NCBI RefSeq assembly: GCF_006345805.1
Contig: NC_043017.1
Coordinates: 26,102,001-26,166,000 of the forward strand
Origin: Octopus sinensis
Taxonomy: Eukaryota
Direction of reading: 5' to 3'
Length of the DNA: 64,000 bases
How positions within the stretch are numbered: the stretch's first letter is position 1; every line of letters starts with the position of its first letter. This document shows positions 13,380 through 26,949 of the stretch, piece by piece. A model generated the notes under the pieces. That model ran no database searches. It was not told the origin of the DNA and saw nothing but the letters and a program-made list of their open reading frames with translations. The translations under genes were made by a program, and so were the position numbers.

Positions 13380-13511
13380 CAACATTACATTAGAAAAAAA
13401 AAAGCAGAAATTAAAGGATGGAAAGTAAACAAATACCTAGCAACACAAAAAATAATACGAAAATAATCAGAACGAAGAGGTAATAGTAGCAACAGCAGTA
13501 GCAGTGGCAAT

Positions 13512-13549
<38 letters not shown>

Positions 13550-14130
13550 TGTGGTGGTGGTGGTGGTGGTGGTAGTAGTAGTTGTGGTGGTGGTGGTGGT
13601 AGAACAAAAAGAAGAAAAGTAAATGGACAATTAAGAAGAGAGGTAAATGAAGTAAAGATTGAAGGTAGTAGAAAAAGGATGGAAAATGTGAAGGAGAAGG
13701 AATGAGAATTAGAAAGAAGACAAAAAGAAGAGGAAGAGTAGGAAACAGTAAACAGAAGCAAAAGAGGAGAGAAAGAGGTAGAGTGGTGAAGAAGAGGGAG
13801 GAAGAAAAGAACAAAGAGGTTGGCGTGAAGGATAATGAGAGTAGCACAAGGAGAAAGAAAAGATGGAATGAAAAAGGAGGGAGAAGAAAGAGAAGGGATG
13901 AAGAAACAGATGAAAAGGAAGGAGGGAAAGAAAGGAAAAAAGATGCAAGAGGTACTGGAAGTAGAAAGAGAAGAGGGAAAGCAAAAGGAGAAAAAAGGAA
14001 ACTGAACATGAACATAAAGAAATAAGAAGAAAGAACGAGAAATAGATGTGTACGATGAAAAGATGGGAAATAACAGGTAAGTCGAGAGAAATGAAGAGGA
14101 AAAATATGTAAAGAATAAAGCAGAATTGGA
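13380..14130. repeat. Purine-rich (GA/GAA) low-complexity tract with (GTA)n/(GTG)n
   Basis: Direct reading; F/S/L-rich and K/R/E-rich ORFs are compositional artefacts. Confidence 0.9.
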
Positions 14131-14248
14131 AGATATTATGCATGACAAAATACGTGGATACAAATGAAACAAGGTATGGAAAATATAGAGTACTCCTTCG
14201 ACTATTGTGGGTGTTACGTTCCAAAATCACCCACAGAAATATTTAGAA

Positions 14249-14759
14249 CTAGCAGTATCGCCCGGCGTTGCTCGGTTTGTAAGGGAAATAACTATATAAG
14301 CATTTTAGAGAGTTACTTCCCTTATAGATGCCAATTCGGGCTTTCTTAGCCATTTCTGTTTTGGTGTCTTCAAGCCATGAAGTCGTTGTTCTAAAAGAAC
14401 GCTGGTCTCCTTGACAACGCTTTACGACGTTGATTTCCTTACACTCCCTTCCCCACAGCTTCACGAGGGAGGGAAGAAGGGGGAGAAGCAAACAGGTGCA
14501 GGTGTGACCATGGACGCCAACTCCGCCGCCATCGACACACGAAAAAATTATGCATTAAAATGGAATAAAAAATGTGTTAAATTATTTTTAAAATCGTAGA
14601 CTCATCGTAGACGCGCGCTAATACTCAGACGGGCTCGATATGAATCACGACTATAAGATACCCGAATTTGGTTAAACTGCACCGCAAAATGTGGGAGTAG
14701 TTAGGAATCTAAATCGAAGGGGACAGACACTCAAACAACTACAGTTTTATATATATAGA
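14249..14759 (+). mobile_element. Non-autonomous Helitron-like element (Lep1/HINE-like), subfamily 2
   Basis: 5' ctagcagtatcgcccggcgttgctcgg hairpin; 3' ...ttttatatatataga; flanked by A and T without TSD; matches 35469-35862. Confidence 0.75.
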
Positions 14760-14779
14760 TATAAAATATATAAATACCT

Positions 14780-14912
14780 ATTTATCGCGAAAGCCGCGCT
14801 ATACTGAGGAGTCCGCGATATGAATTTACATATATTAGCCAGAAAAATCCGAGATGTACTGAGTGCGCGATAGGTGAAGCACGGCGAGGGATTATGGTGA
14901 GGGATTACTGTA
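14780..14912. mobile_element. MITE end fragment (Tc1/pogo-like terminus ...gagggattactgta)
   Basis: Repeated cgcgat motifs; terminal resemblance only. Confidence 0.35.
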
Positions 14913-15003
14913 GACACGAATAAAAACTTAAGCGTTTGCCAACAGGTATGCACATACGGACATACATAATTATATACCTGCATTCATACGTACGTAAAGC
15001 ACA

Positions 15004-15038
<35 letters not shown>

Positions 15039-15573
15039 TATATATATATATTCACAAACCTGTTATTTTTTCTGGCGAATTATTTGCTCCGATTTGAACT
15101 TATTATCACACCTGTGGCTGCCTTGATTTCGGCACAAAATAAATCAGTTGCAGCGCAGACTTGAACACGACGGGTTGGGGCTCATCATCATGGTAACGCG
15201 AGCTGAGGAAAGCGAGGCTATTATGCCACTCGAGAAGCCGGTCCACGTGAGTCCAAATACTTGAATGTATGCTGAGAGATTGTCGTAGCCTGTTTTCCCT
15301 CAGACAGTTGATTTCTGTAGTTATTACCAGTGTATTGTGGTCATTTAAATAAGAGTGTTGACTGATATTTCCAGCAGGTAGACATACTTAGTATATCCGT
15401 TGATTACTTTTAATACTTCAGCAATTTAATGCTCTTTCGGGGGCCGCACATGCCTATATTATTGCTTCTTTATTAACATTTTAAAAGTATTACATTAAAT
15501 AATAACAGAGTCAATGATATCTTCGAAATTTATTTTTTCGTGAATTACTCTTCTTGCAAATTACTTGCTCCGT

Positions 15574-15681
<108 letters not shown>

Positions 15682-15693
15682 TATGATATAATA

Positions 15694-15739
<46 letters not shown>

Positions 15740-15791
15740 ATATATATATTATATAATATATAATATAGATATATAAAAATATATATATATA

Positions 15792-15850
<59 letters not shown>

Positions 15851-16160
15851 CTCACAAGCAGAAACACTCACAACACAGAGACCTTCACTCGCGGATATTT
15901 ATCTGTCTCTGTCACCTTCTCCATACAAGTTTGTATCAAGACGAATTAAGATACACAAAAGAAAATATTTGTGAATAAATAAAATGAATTTCCAAGAGAA
16001 CAAAAATATATACGAGTGAATAATGGAATAAAGAGGAAAAATGAGAACTATAATAGGAAATACATTGTTAAATTGATAAAAAAAAACAAAAACAGAAAAG
16101 CTATTATGTATGTTCCTGCACCTATGTGCACATGTGTGTGTGCTTCTGTATATATATACA

Positions 16161-16203
<43 letters not shown>

Positions 16204-16476
16204 ATATATATTATATATATACTTATATATATATAATTGAAATGTACTTTTATCTGGTTAGATATTGAATCTACTTGAAATACGACTCTTGTTTGTCTAT
16301 TGTCCCTTCGAATATCTTACATGGATTCGGAATTTCTGCTAAAATACTCCTGGACATTGTTATTAGGAAATCGCCTGAATCTCTGATATATTGAATATTA
16401 CACAATATATTGAGATTTATGCGTCTACAACAAGTACATATATACATACATATATGCATACATACATACATATATT

Positions 16477-16518
<42 letters not shown>

Positions 16519-16974
16519 GGTATGTATAGAATAAAATGTTTTGAATGGTGCAACAATGCACTATAATACAGACAATGGTCTATATACCTGTTGTACTTTA
16601 GTCATCCATAGTCTGATATGATATTTCGGAAAAAATATTCCTTCTTCGGATATTCTTAGACGGAGTCGCTGCTGTATCAGCACACACGAGATTGAGACAT
16701 GGTCGAACTCACACACTTCTCATGAGGAATACCGAAAGGAGAGTCGTGAGACCACTGCTCAGACGAGTACCAAAATAAATAAATAAATAAATAAATAAAA
16801 TAACATCAAAAAAGAAAAGCCGTTGAAAACCGATTATACCGACTAAACCTTTCAGTCTTTCTGGGTGTCGATGAATTAACTACCAGTTGCGTACTGGGTT
16901 CGATCTGATCGATTGTCATCTTTCCCAAAGATTTCGGGCGTCGTGCCCAGGGTAGAAACATTATCAATTGTTCT

Positions 16975-16993
16975 ACCACTACTACTCCCGCTG

Positions 16994-17045
<52 letters not shown>

Positions 17046-17132
17046 ACTACTCTACTACTACTACTGCTGCTGCTGCTACTACAACTACTACTACTACTAC
17101 TACTACTACTATTGCTGCTGCTGCTGCTGCTG

Positions 17133-17169
<37 letters not shown>

Positions 17170-17380
17170 TACTACTACTACTACTACTGCTACTACTACA
17201 CTACTCTACTACTACTACTGCTGCTGCTGCTGCTACTACAACAACAACAACAACTACTACTACTACTACACTACTACTCTACTAATACTACTGCTGCTGC
17301 TGCTGCAACTACAACTATTACTACTACTACTACTACTGGTGCTACTACTACTACTACTACCACTACTACTACTACTACTG

Positions 17381-17413
<33 letters not shown>

Positions 17414-17487
17414 TACTACTACTACTGCTGCTGCTGCTGCTACAACAACAACAACTACTACTACTACTACTAGTACTGCTGCTGCTG

Positions 17488-17525
<38 letters not shown>
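16975..17525. repeat. Compound (CTA)n/(CTG)n/(CAA)n microsatellite
   Basis: Direct reading. Confidence 0.95.
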
Positions 17526-17526
<1 letters not shown>

Positions 17527-18189
17527 TTTGGTCTTATATCTGTTATTCTTCCTGCAATATCTATTGCACTTACTACTTCTTTTCAGGTTTTGGATCATGA
17601 TGCTATTTGCTCTGTTTTGTCTCCAGTATAATGAGCATTCCCTGTGTGATGTATGTATTGTTCGTTGGAATATAATTGCTTGTAACATGACTTAGTGGAC
17701 TTGAAGGTTACTTTCGGATGAACTCTGAACAAATGACACTGTCATGAGTCTATTCATAAAGCGAACTTTTACGATATTTTTTTTTCTTAATATGACACGT
17801 AAATAATTCTTAGACGATTTACAGGGGCATCAGCGTCAAGAATGCTAAGACAGATTGTCGGCAAAGAACCGCTTCATACATTCTCTTCCTTTGAATGAAA
17901 TTTCTTTTATGTAGCAAAAATTGTTGATCATGATCTCTCAAGGAGGCAAATGATACAAAATGCTTGATTGAATGAAAAGTGAAACAATTAGGATGCCTAT
18001 TGCGTGGAATTTTAATTGCGTAATTTTGTGAGCATGTCATTCTGGTTACGATAATCGATTCCAATCCGGTTGATTTGAGGCTGACTCACACTGCGGCACA
18101 GTGGGCAAGTGTCTTTTTCTACAGCAAAAAACTGACAGAATTTCTGAGAATGAATTTCGATGGAGTAAAGTGTATGACAATTTCTTGAT

Positions 18190-18237
18190 ACATACATATA
18201 CATATATCTATATGTAGTATACATTTATATATATATA

Positions 18238-18291
<54 letters not shown>

Positions 18292-18311
18292 GTGTATGTA
18301 TATATATGTGT

Positions 18312-18352
<41 letters not shown>

Positions 18353-18407
18353 GATATATATATATATATAATATATATAGATATATAACACATATATATA
18401 CATACAC

Positions 18408-18448
<41 letters not shown>

Positions 18449-18467
18449 CACATATATACATATAGAT

Positions 18468-18550
<83 letters not shown>

Positions 18551-18561
18551 GTGTATGTATA

Positions 18562-18646
<85 letters not shown>

Positions 18647-18690
18647 ATATATATATATATATATATATATATCTAATATATATATATCTT
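18190..18690. repeat. Long (AT)n microsatellite (similar tracts at ~15580-15850, 23450-23950, 31850-32270, 47930-48170, 60530-60650)
   Basis: Direct reading; IY-rich ORFs are artefacts. Confidence 0.95.
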
Positions 18691-19036
18691 AAATAGGGTA
18701 GAAAGTGATATTAATTAAAAGTCTAGTAATTTTAAAAAATCCGAAATTAAAAATTTTTTTGGCATACAAAATTTAGAGGATTGGCCACTAGACGTGGACA
18801 GCCTGTATACTAGGAATAGACGTCAAAATCGTCATTTTCAACGGAGAATGTGTTCTCAAGAAAAAATTCACCAAAAAAACCAAAGCGCAAAAATAGGCAA
18901 GGCAAATGAAAATACGAAATATACGAAATAAAAAATGAAGAAATGGCAATTTTGACGTCTATTTCTAGTATACAGGCTGTCCACTTTTAGTGGTCAATCC
19001 TCCAAATTTTGTACGTATATATATATATATATAGAC

Positions 19037-19153
19037 GCAGGAGTGGCTATGTGGCATCATGGGCAAGTGTCTTCTGCTATAGCCCCGGGACGGCCAATGC
19101 CTTGTGAGTGGATTTGGTAGACGGAAACTGAAAGAAGCCTGTCGTATATATGC

Positions 19154-19185
<32 letters not shown>

Positions 19186-19290
19186 TTGTCCCCCTAGCAT
19201 TGCTTGACAACCGATGCTGGTGTGTTTACGTCCCCGTCACTTAGCGGTTCGGCAAAAAAGACCGATAGTATAAGTACTGGGCTTACATGT
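19037..19290 (+). mobile_element. SINE family B with deleted tRNA region
   Basis: gcaggagtggctatgtgg...gggcaagtgtcttctgctatagcc...gatttggtagacggaaactgaaagaagcc. Confidence 0.85.
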
Positions 19291-19491
19291 GTGCGAGTGT
19301 ATATGCTTGTGTGTCTATGTTTGTCTGCCGATGCTGGTATGTTTACATCCCCGTAACCTGGCGGTTCGGCAAAAGACTTTTATAGAATAAGTCCTAGGCG
19401 TCGATTTGCTCTACTTAAGGCTGTTCTCCATCATGACCGCATTCATATGACTGGAACATGTAAAATAATAAAAGAACACACACACACACAT

Positions 19492-19567
<76 letters not shown>

Positions 19568-19700
19568 ATATATATATACACATTGTTAATTTCGGAATGG
19601 TCATATTGCCAGTTAGCCATAAAAACACACGCACTATATATTTGGTGTTATTTTGCTTCAGTGATATTTATTTTTTACATAAATCTTAATCTTATTTCGG

Positions 19701-19741
19701 CCAAAGTTCTTTCGTCACACTCTGCGTGACCGCATCAGTGG
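19701..19741 (-). ncRNA. Minimal type I hammerhead-like motif with A9->C change
   Basis: cca-CUGAUGC-g-gucac(gcagagu)gugac-GAA-ag(aa)cu-u-ugg; stems I, II and III all pair. Confidence 0.6.
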
Positions 19742-20052
19742 TCCTTTGTTTTCTTTCACTTACTTGTGTCTCTCCTTACTAACCGTCAGCCATTTTGTAT
19801 TTCTATTGTATGGTTTTCATTTGCGCATGCTTATATCTCTATGTGCGTCTATGTTATTTAGTGTGTGTGTGGGGGGATGCCTGTAATATTTGTATCTTCT
19901 GGTTATATACATTCTTGTAATTTGTATTTTGTTTTTGTTGTTGCTTTTGTTCTAATTTTGTTCATGTGTTTACATCCACCCATTATTATCATTACATATG
20001 CTTGTATGTATGTATAACAACAATATAGTAATAATAATAATAAATCTAATCG

Positions 20053-20109
<57 letters not shown>

Positions 20110-20217
20110 TACACATATACATACATACATATATATACACACATACATATATATAGTTATTCATTTCTATTTCTTTAATTATCTGTGTATTTATTATGTT
20201 TGCAGGATCCACTATCG

Positions 20218-20596
20218 TCATATATTGTGGTGTGTACTATTGCTCCATTCTAGTTTTCTATTCAGGATAGGTTTATTTTCTATTATATGTGTAGCTTCTG
20301 TAATTTGTCTAATTGTTGCATCTGTTCTATGTGTGGACAATATCTTAATCTCTATGTTATTGATTGATCCCCCTGTTCTTGTTCGGCGTGTGGTACAGAA
20401 TCGATGATCTTTTACCTTCCTTGAGTTGTCTCCAATGTTCATTCACCCGCTCTCCAATGCTTCTTACTGTTTCCCCTACGTATGTTACTGTCTTGTTACT
20501 GCATCGTCCCTCTATACATCTTATACTATAGACCACATTTCTGGCTTTACAGTTTGTTTGTGGGCTAAATCTACATACAGTGCAATATAACAGCAA
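20218..20596 (-). pseudogene. Frameshifted PLE GIY-YIG endonuclease domain
   Basis: C..C...CKARNVVYSIRC...C....TYVGETVRSIGERVNEH, then frameshift to ...RQITEATHIIENKPILNR; matches the VVY/YVGET/R..EH and E..I..LN motifs of PLE GIY-YIG. Confidence 0.85.
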
Positions 20597-21189
20597 AATA
20601 ACAGCAAAATAACACCAAATATATAGTGCGTGTGTTTTTATTGGCTAAACTGGCAATATGACCATTCCGAAATATAACAATATCTGTTTCAACACACGAC
20701 TTCACATAAAAAATCTTGCACAACAAATATTTAAACGTATATACACATATATATACATATATATATATAATATTATATAGGAGTTAGATGAAGTGGCTAA
20801 TGTATTTGTGCTTATTACCACCACTGCTTGACAACTAATATTTTGGGGGTTAAGTTGATTGGTTTGTATCCGATAGAAAAAATACCAGATTTTAAGAAAT
20901 TAATAGAAGGGTCACATTCGCCCGAGTAACTACTGCAAGAGAGTATTCAAGCCTGGTCGCAGTCCAATGCCAGAAACGCTTAAAAATTATAAAAAGGATA
21001 TCGGAATTGCTCATCGTGTTTTTGACAAGAGCACAAATAACCCTAATTTTTCTTTCAATGTGAAGTGTAATGTTAGACAGTTCAGTGAAGTAAAAGTTAA
21101 TAGTCTATAGTTTCCCGTTGAGGTCATATTTCAATTTCGTAGGCCTTTTTCGATGGATGAAAGTCTGTCTCCTTCTTATAGCTTTCAGT

Positions 21190-21370
21190 ACTACCCTCAA
21201 GGGGCTAAACTACATCGACCCCAGTGCGTAACTGGTACTTAATTTATCGACCCAGAAAGGATGAAAGGCAAAGTCGACCTCGGCGGAATTTGAACTCAGA
21301 ACATAGCGGCAGACGAAATACAGCTATGCATTTCGCCCGGCGTGCTAACGATTCTGCCAGCTCGCCGCCT
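21190..21370 (-). mobile_element. SINE family A copy (second degenerate copy at 21740-21885)
   Basis: Core motif match. Confidence 0.85.
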
Positions 21371-21887
21371 TATAAATTCTTGATTAACTTTTTGGGTTAT
21401 GACTTATAATTTTCTTGATTTACCTTTTGGGTTATGACTTATAATTTTCTTGATTAACCTTTTGGGTTATGACTGAGGAGCGCTTCCTTGTATGGTTTAG
21501 TCGAAGAAATCGATTCCGGTATTTAGTTTATTTCGACCCAAACCACATAATTTCGGTTTCTTTTGCCAAAACGCTAAAACCCAACAACATTCTAAAATTG
21601 TCATGGTCGAGAAAGACGAACGACACGCGCAAAAATGCGATAGGCTTCATTGCGTATCTGTCCACAAAAAAACACTCGGGAGGTATAGGTTAGCCCTTTG
21701 GCTCTTGTAGGATATGCTTGCCCAAGTTTCAGTAGGTAACATCGACCCAAGGTACTTATCTGGTACTTAATTTATCGACCCCGGAAATTTGAATGGCAAA
21801 GTCGACCTCAGCAGACTTTGAACTCAGAATAAAGCGATGGGTGAAATACCGCCTAGAGTTCTAACGATTCTGCCAGGACACCGCCTT

Positions 21888-21918
21888 TATAATAATAATG
21901 ATAATAATAAGAATATTA

Positions 21919-21974
<56 letters not shown>

Positions 21975-22611
21975 TATAATAATAATAATAATAATAATGA
22001 TAATAATAACAATAATAATTATAATAATAATAATAATAATAATGTTAATAATAATAATATTAATAATAATAATATTAATAATAATAATATAATGATAATA
22101 ATAATAATATTGTAATAATAATAATAATAACAATAACAATTCTGCTCAATGCCACAGATTTGTTTGTCAGTTGTTTGACCTTAACTAGTTGAGCATGTCC
22201 CTTAGTGGCTGACGTTATGTGCATCTCTGATCACGAGCAGAAGTAGTGGGGGAGCATCATAGGCATATGTTGAGAGGGATTCTTTGGGGTTTGAATAATT
22301 CACCTCTGGAAACATGGGTGGTTCCTTCAACATTCTTAAACAACCCTTATTCAGGGACCTTTTGAGCGGGATGGGCTACTCAACCCGAAGAAAATTCTAA
22401 CTGGGCCCCACCTGCAAGGTCATGTGCTGTTTATCTTGACATGAGATCACCATGTCACACACATATGGTTGTGATGCATGTGCCTGGTGTACCCTTATCA
22501 GACGGGTAGTCATGATGGGTATATTGGGCTTCGTATATTTTACCCCAGTATCACTTTGATGGCATGAACTGCCCTCTCACCCAATAATAATAATAATGTA
22601 ATAATAATGAT

Positions 22612-22677
<66 letters not shown>

Positions 22678-22757
22678 AATATAATAATAATAATGATACT
22701 AATAATAATAATAATAATAATAATATAATAATAATATAATAATGATAACTAATAATA

Positions 22758-22788
<31 letters not shown>

Positions 22789-22951
22789 TGATAATAATAA
22801 TAATATAATAATATGTATAAATGATACTGATAATGATAATAATAATAATAATAATGATAATAATAATAATAATAATAATGATAATAATAATATAAGAATA
22901 ATGATAATAATATAATAATTGATAATGATAATAATAATAATAATAATAATG

Positions 22952-23021
<70 letters not shown>

Positions 23022-23040
23022 TAATGATAATAATAATAAA
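21888..23040. repeat. Two long (AAT)n tracts flanking an interspersed repeat
   Basis: Direct reading. Confidence 0.95.
22140..22582 (+). mobile_element. (AAT)n-tailed interspersed repeat, probable non-LTR retroelement 3' region
   Basis: 3' ~65 nt homologous to 29425-29485; both copies run directly into (AAT)n and have different 5' ends. Confidence 0.6.
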
Positions 23041-23478
23041 CGATTAGTTAGTCATTGGATCACTTCATATAAATGTATAAACGTATAAATAACTAAACAT
23101 GCGTGTTTAATTAATTACTTCATTATTACCCATTAAGGGCTTACACAAAGAGTAAGGATAATAGATGATACAGTAGAATATGTTATTATGTGGGTTTACC
23201 GTAATCCATGCAAACTGGATAATACGATACAACAAAGGAACAAAACAATTCAAAGCCAAAACGTTTCCCCAAAAGGGAAGAGTTGGTCGGTCCGAAAAAT
23301 GGGGCACGTGACCTCTTCACCCTTTTCTCCCTCAATCTACAAGCGTTGTTATTCAAAGACTGAAAAACGCCACTAGTGACTGCAACCTATATATAATCCA
23401 CGTATTACTACACCTATACATAATTTCTTGTAGCAGTGACATCCTTCTATATATATGTATATATATATATATATTTAC

Positions 23479-23516
<38 letters not shown>

Positions 23517-23793
23517 TATATATATTATATATATATATATATGTACTATATATATATATATATGTACATATATATATCATATATATATGTGTACATATAT
23601 ATATAATATATATATATATGTGTGGCGTACATAAATAATATATATATATATATATATGTACATATATATATACATATATATATATGTATATATATATATT
23701 ATATATACATTACATATACATATACATATATATATATACTATACATATATAATATATACATATATATGTATATGTGTGTATGATGTATATATG

Positions 23794-23834
<41 letters not shown>

Positions 23835-23851
23835 TATATTATATAGATACA

Positions 23852-23932
<81 letters not shown>

Positions 23933-24958
23933 ATATATATATATATATATATATGCGAAGAGTTATCCCCATAGCATGTTTTACGATTATTTCTGCATCC
24001 AATGTTGTCAGCCAACATAACCATAAAGACATAAAGACAGTAGTAGCGGCTCAAATATATATTAATACAGTGTTATTTCTCTGCAGCAGTCGTGGCAAAA
24101 CATGTTGGCCGTTAAAACCAACCAGTCGTTGGTACTATTAGCAAATATAATAGAGCTTCTTCAAAAGCCGAAACAAAACAAGATCCGATGAAAAGCCTAT
24201 AGTTTCGGAATCAATACTTCTTTTGTGTCGTATGAATGTGAAATACCTTTCAACGCTGGAAGGTATTTGCTCTGACGGCAAAACGTGGTTGTCTAATGAT
24301 TGTAATTCAATTTATACCATTGTTGTTCTCTCATTTGCTTATTTCCTTCTTCTTTTTTTCCCTCCCGTTCCTTTCTTCATTTTACTTCTTCGTATTATTT
24401 CTATTAGATTTGTTTTATACAAACCCACATACGACCATCTCCTCTCTTTCTCCTTTCTTTCGTTCCTTCTTTCTTTCACTATCGCTCTCTCTCTCTCTCT
24501 CTCTGGCACATACACACATACACATATATGTTTATTTATTCATTTAACACCACACACACACAAACACATATACACGCACGTATACACACACACACACAAA
24601 CACTCATGCGTTCACATTTAGATACAAATAAATGTTCCCAAGTCTAATGATTTTCTGTCTCTCCTTCCATTACTTTCCGTAATACATTCTGAGAAATACT
24701 GACTCGCTACTCTTAATTTCTTCCTCGTTCTATCCACATAATGCTTCATCATCAACAACGCCATCATCATCGTCATCATCATCATCATCATCATTATCAT
24801 CGTCGTTGTCGTTGTCGGGATGATGATGAAGATGATAATCCACATCATCGTGATCGCCATAATCATCATCAACGCATTCGTCGTCATCATCATCATAATC
24901 GTCATCTTCAGGATCACCGTCGTCATCCTAGTCCTCAGCGCCATCCTCGACGTCTTGT

Positions 24959-25003
<45 letters not shown>

Positions 25004-25017
25004 CACTACTACTACTC

Positions 25018-25270
25018 TTGTGAAAGGTAGGAGAGTCCAGTTTGCTGGACATTGTTGTAGAGCTGAAAAACAGGTAATTTCTACTCTTCTCCTCTGGAAG
25101 CCATCTACTCGCAATACCAGAGGGCGCACACTCTCCTACCCTGATGTAATCTCCAAGGATACAGGTATCCAGCAACAGGACCTCCATAATGCCATGATGG
25201 ACCAGGAAGTCTGTCGTAACATGGTAGATTCCATTGTCTCGACCACGGTCGAACAATGATGATGATGACT
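25018..25270 (+). pseudogene. RTE-type LINE RT C-terminal fragment with (TGA)n tail
   Basis: VKGRRVQFAGHCCRAEKQVISTLLLWKP...RGRTLSYPDVISKDTG...AMMDQEVCR; typical RTE R..FAGHC..LLW..RGR..DTG motif. Confidence 0.8.
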
Positions 25271-25424
25271 ACTCTGCTTACTAATATTAACATCATCGTT
25301 CCACCGAGGTCGTCTTTAACTTTCATCTTTTCAGGATCGATAAAATAAATACTCCTGGAGTGTTACAGGTATCGTGGGTTTGCTACCTGCAACATTCGGT
25401 ACCATGCTAGACATTCTTTCCAGA

Positions 25425-25509
<85 letters not shown>

Positions 25510-25542
25510 TTATTGTTTTTGTTGTTGTTGTCATTATTATTA

Positions 25543-25790
25543 TTCAGTAGTCTGATCTTTATCACGTGTCTTCACTGCACTACCGGGCCCTGTGTGCCTT
25601 AGGTGTGTGCCTAAGTTATGTGCTGTGTTGATTTTTCTCATCACAGCGGACATACAAATGGACACATTTAGTTGTGTACATAAAAACATTCACAGAACAT
25701 ACAGGAAATATTGTTGACGACATATGTACAATTTTCTGTAACTTACAATTAGAGATATATTTTAAAGCATTGCGCCACTATTTATTTGAG
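25543..25790 (-). mobile_element. Possible R4/Dong-like LINE 3' end with (AAT)n tail (25424-25543)
   Basis: Degenerate LQKIVHM peptide; 3' end ...gactactgaataataat resembles recalled octopus Dong-like ends. Confidence 0.4.
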
Positions 25791-25937
25791 ATTCTAATAT
25801 TCAAAATAAGCACGGCTGCGAGCTACAATAAACGTTAGTACGCCGGGCGACTGGGGTCGATCTAATCGACTGCCCCCCTACCCCGAAAAATCTCGGGTCT
25901 TATGCCTAGAGTTGAAAAGAATATTTAAAATAGTCAA

Positions 25938-26145
25938 GGCGGCGTGCTGGAAGAAACGTTAACATGCCAGGCGAAATGCATTGCGTAATTTCGTCTTTCT
26001 TTATGTTCTGAGTTCGAATTCCACCGAGGTCGACTTTGCCTTTCATCTTTTCGGGGTCGATAAATTAAATACCAGTTGCGTATTGGTGTCGATGTAATCG
26101 TCTGTTCCCCTCCCCACAGATATCTGAACTTGTGCCGAGAATAAA
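25938..26145 (+). mobile_element. SINE family A copy
   Basis: ggcggcgtgctggaagaaacgttaac...gtcgactttgcctttcatcttttcggggtcg. Confidence 0.85.
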
Positions 26146-26544
26146 AATGAAATTTTTAAAAATCATATGATGCTCTTATTATGTACCTTATGAATTGGAT
26201 ATTAAGTTCTGCTTTCAAAATTTCCTTTGGCCAATATTGCGGTATTGACTTGGAAACACGCTGTAACAAGGACTAAACTATTTACCATATTGCAAATTCA
26301 AAGCAACGATATTTCACAAATAAAGCACAAATAAACTCATTACTTTATTGCTTTAACATGAACCTCCACCCATATCGCCCCAATTTTTTATATGAATAGC
26401 TACCCCATTATAGCTTAAATATTCTTCAATGCCCCCCTTGGAAATGTCCACTGTCGCCACATGGGAAATGGCACCCACATTAGGAACTACTGCCTTAGAT
26501 CATGGATCTTCCCGATTCAGACTGATTCGGATGTAAAATACAGC

Positions 26545-26949
26545 AAAGTATTGTTTTCAAATTTCGGAACAACGGTAATTTGATTACATCGACCGCGGTG
26601 TGCAACTCTTACAAATTTTATGGACCCTGGAAGGACGAAAGGCGAATTCTAACTTGGTGAGATTTGATCATTAATCGTAAGGTCGCAATAGGTGTGCTAA
26701 CAGTTGTGGCAACCCCAAGTATTAAACACTGCAAAATATTGCTAGAAAGTATTGTTTTCAAATTTCGGTACAACGGTAATTTGATTACATCGACCGCGGT
26801 GTGCAACTCTTACAAATTTTATGGACTCTGGAAGGACGAAAGGCGAAGTCGACCTTGGTGAGATTTGATCATTAATCGTAAGGTCGCAATAGGTGCGCTA
26901 AAAATTGTGGCAACCCCAAGTCTTAAACACTGCAAAATATTGCTAGAAA
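26545..26949. repeat. 201-bp tandem duplication containing an old SINE A remnant
   Basis: aaagtattgttttcaaatttcgg starts at 26545 and 26746. Confidence 0.9.

Larger units (their letters stand above)
19690..20600 (-). mobile_element. Penelope-like element 3' portion (GIY-YIG + microsatellite-rich pLTR + hammerhead)
   Basis: GIY-YIG remnant at 20218-20596; hammerhead-like motif at 19701-19741 downstream on the same strand. Confidence 0.85.

Noticed and set aside
13411-14172. 253-aa hydrophobic ORF resembling a membrane protein
   Set aside because: Reverse translation of a purine-rich low-complexity tract.
16715-16765. ctcatgaggaataccgaaagg hammerhead-like string
   Set aside because: G5 is altered, stem II has only 2 bp, and stems I and III are unpaired.
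16913-17473. Poly-L/poly-T/poly-Y ORFs
   Set aside because: (CTA)n microsatellite.
21376-21475. Three ~34-bp direct repeats as a CRISPR-like array
   Set aside because: Contiguous tandem units with no spacers; eukaryotic context with no cas genes.
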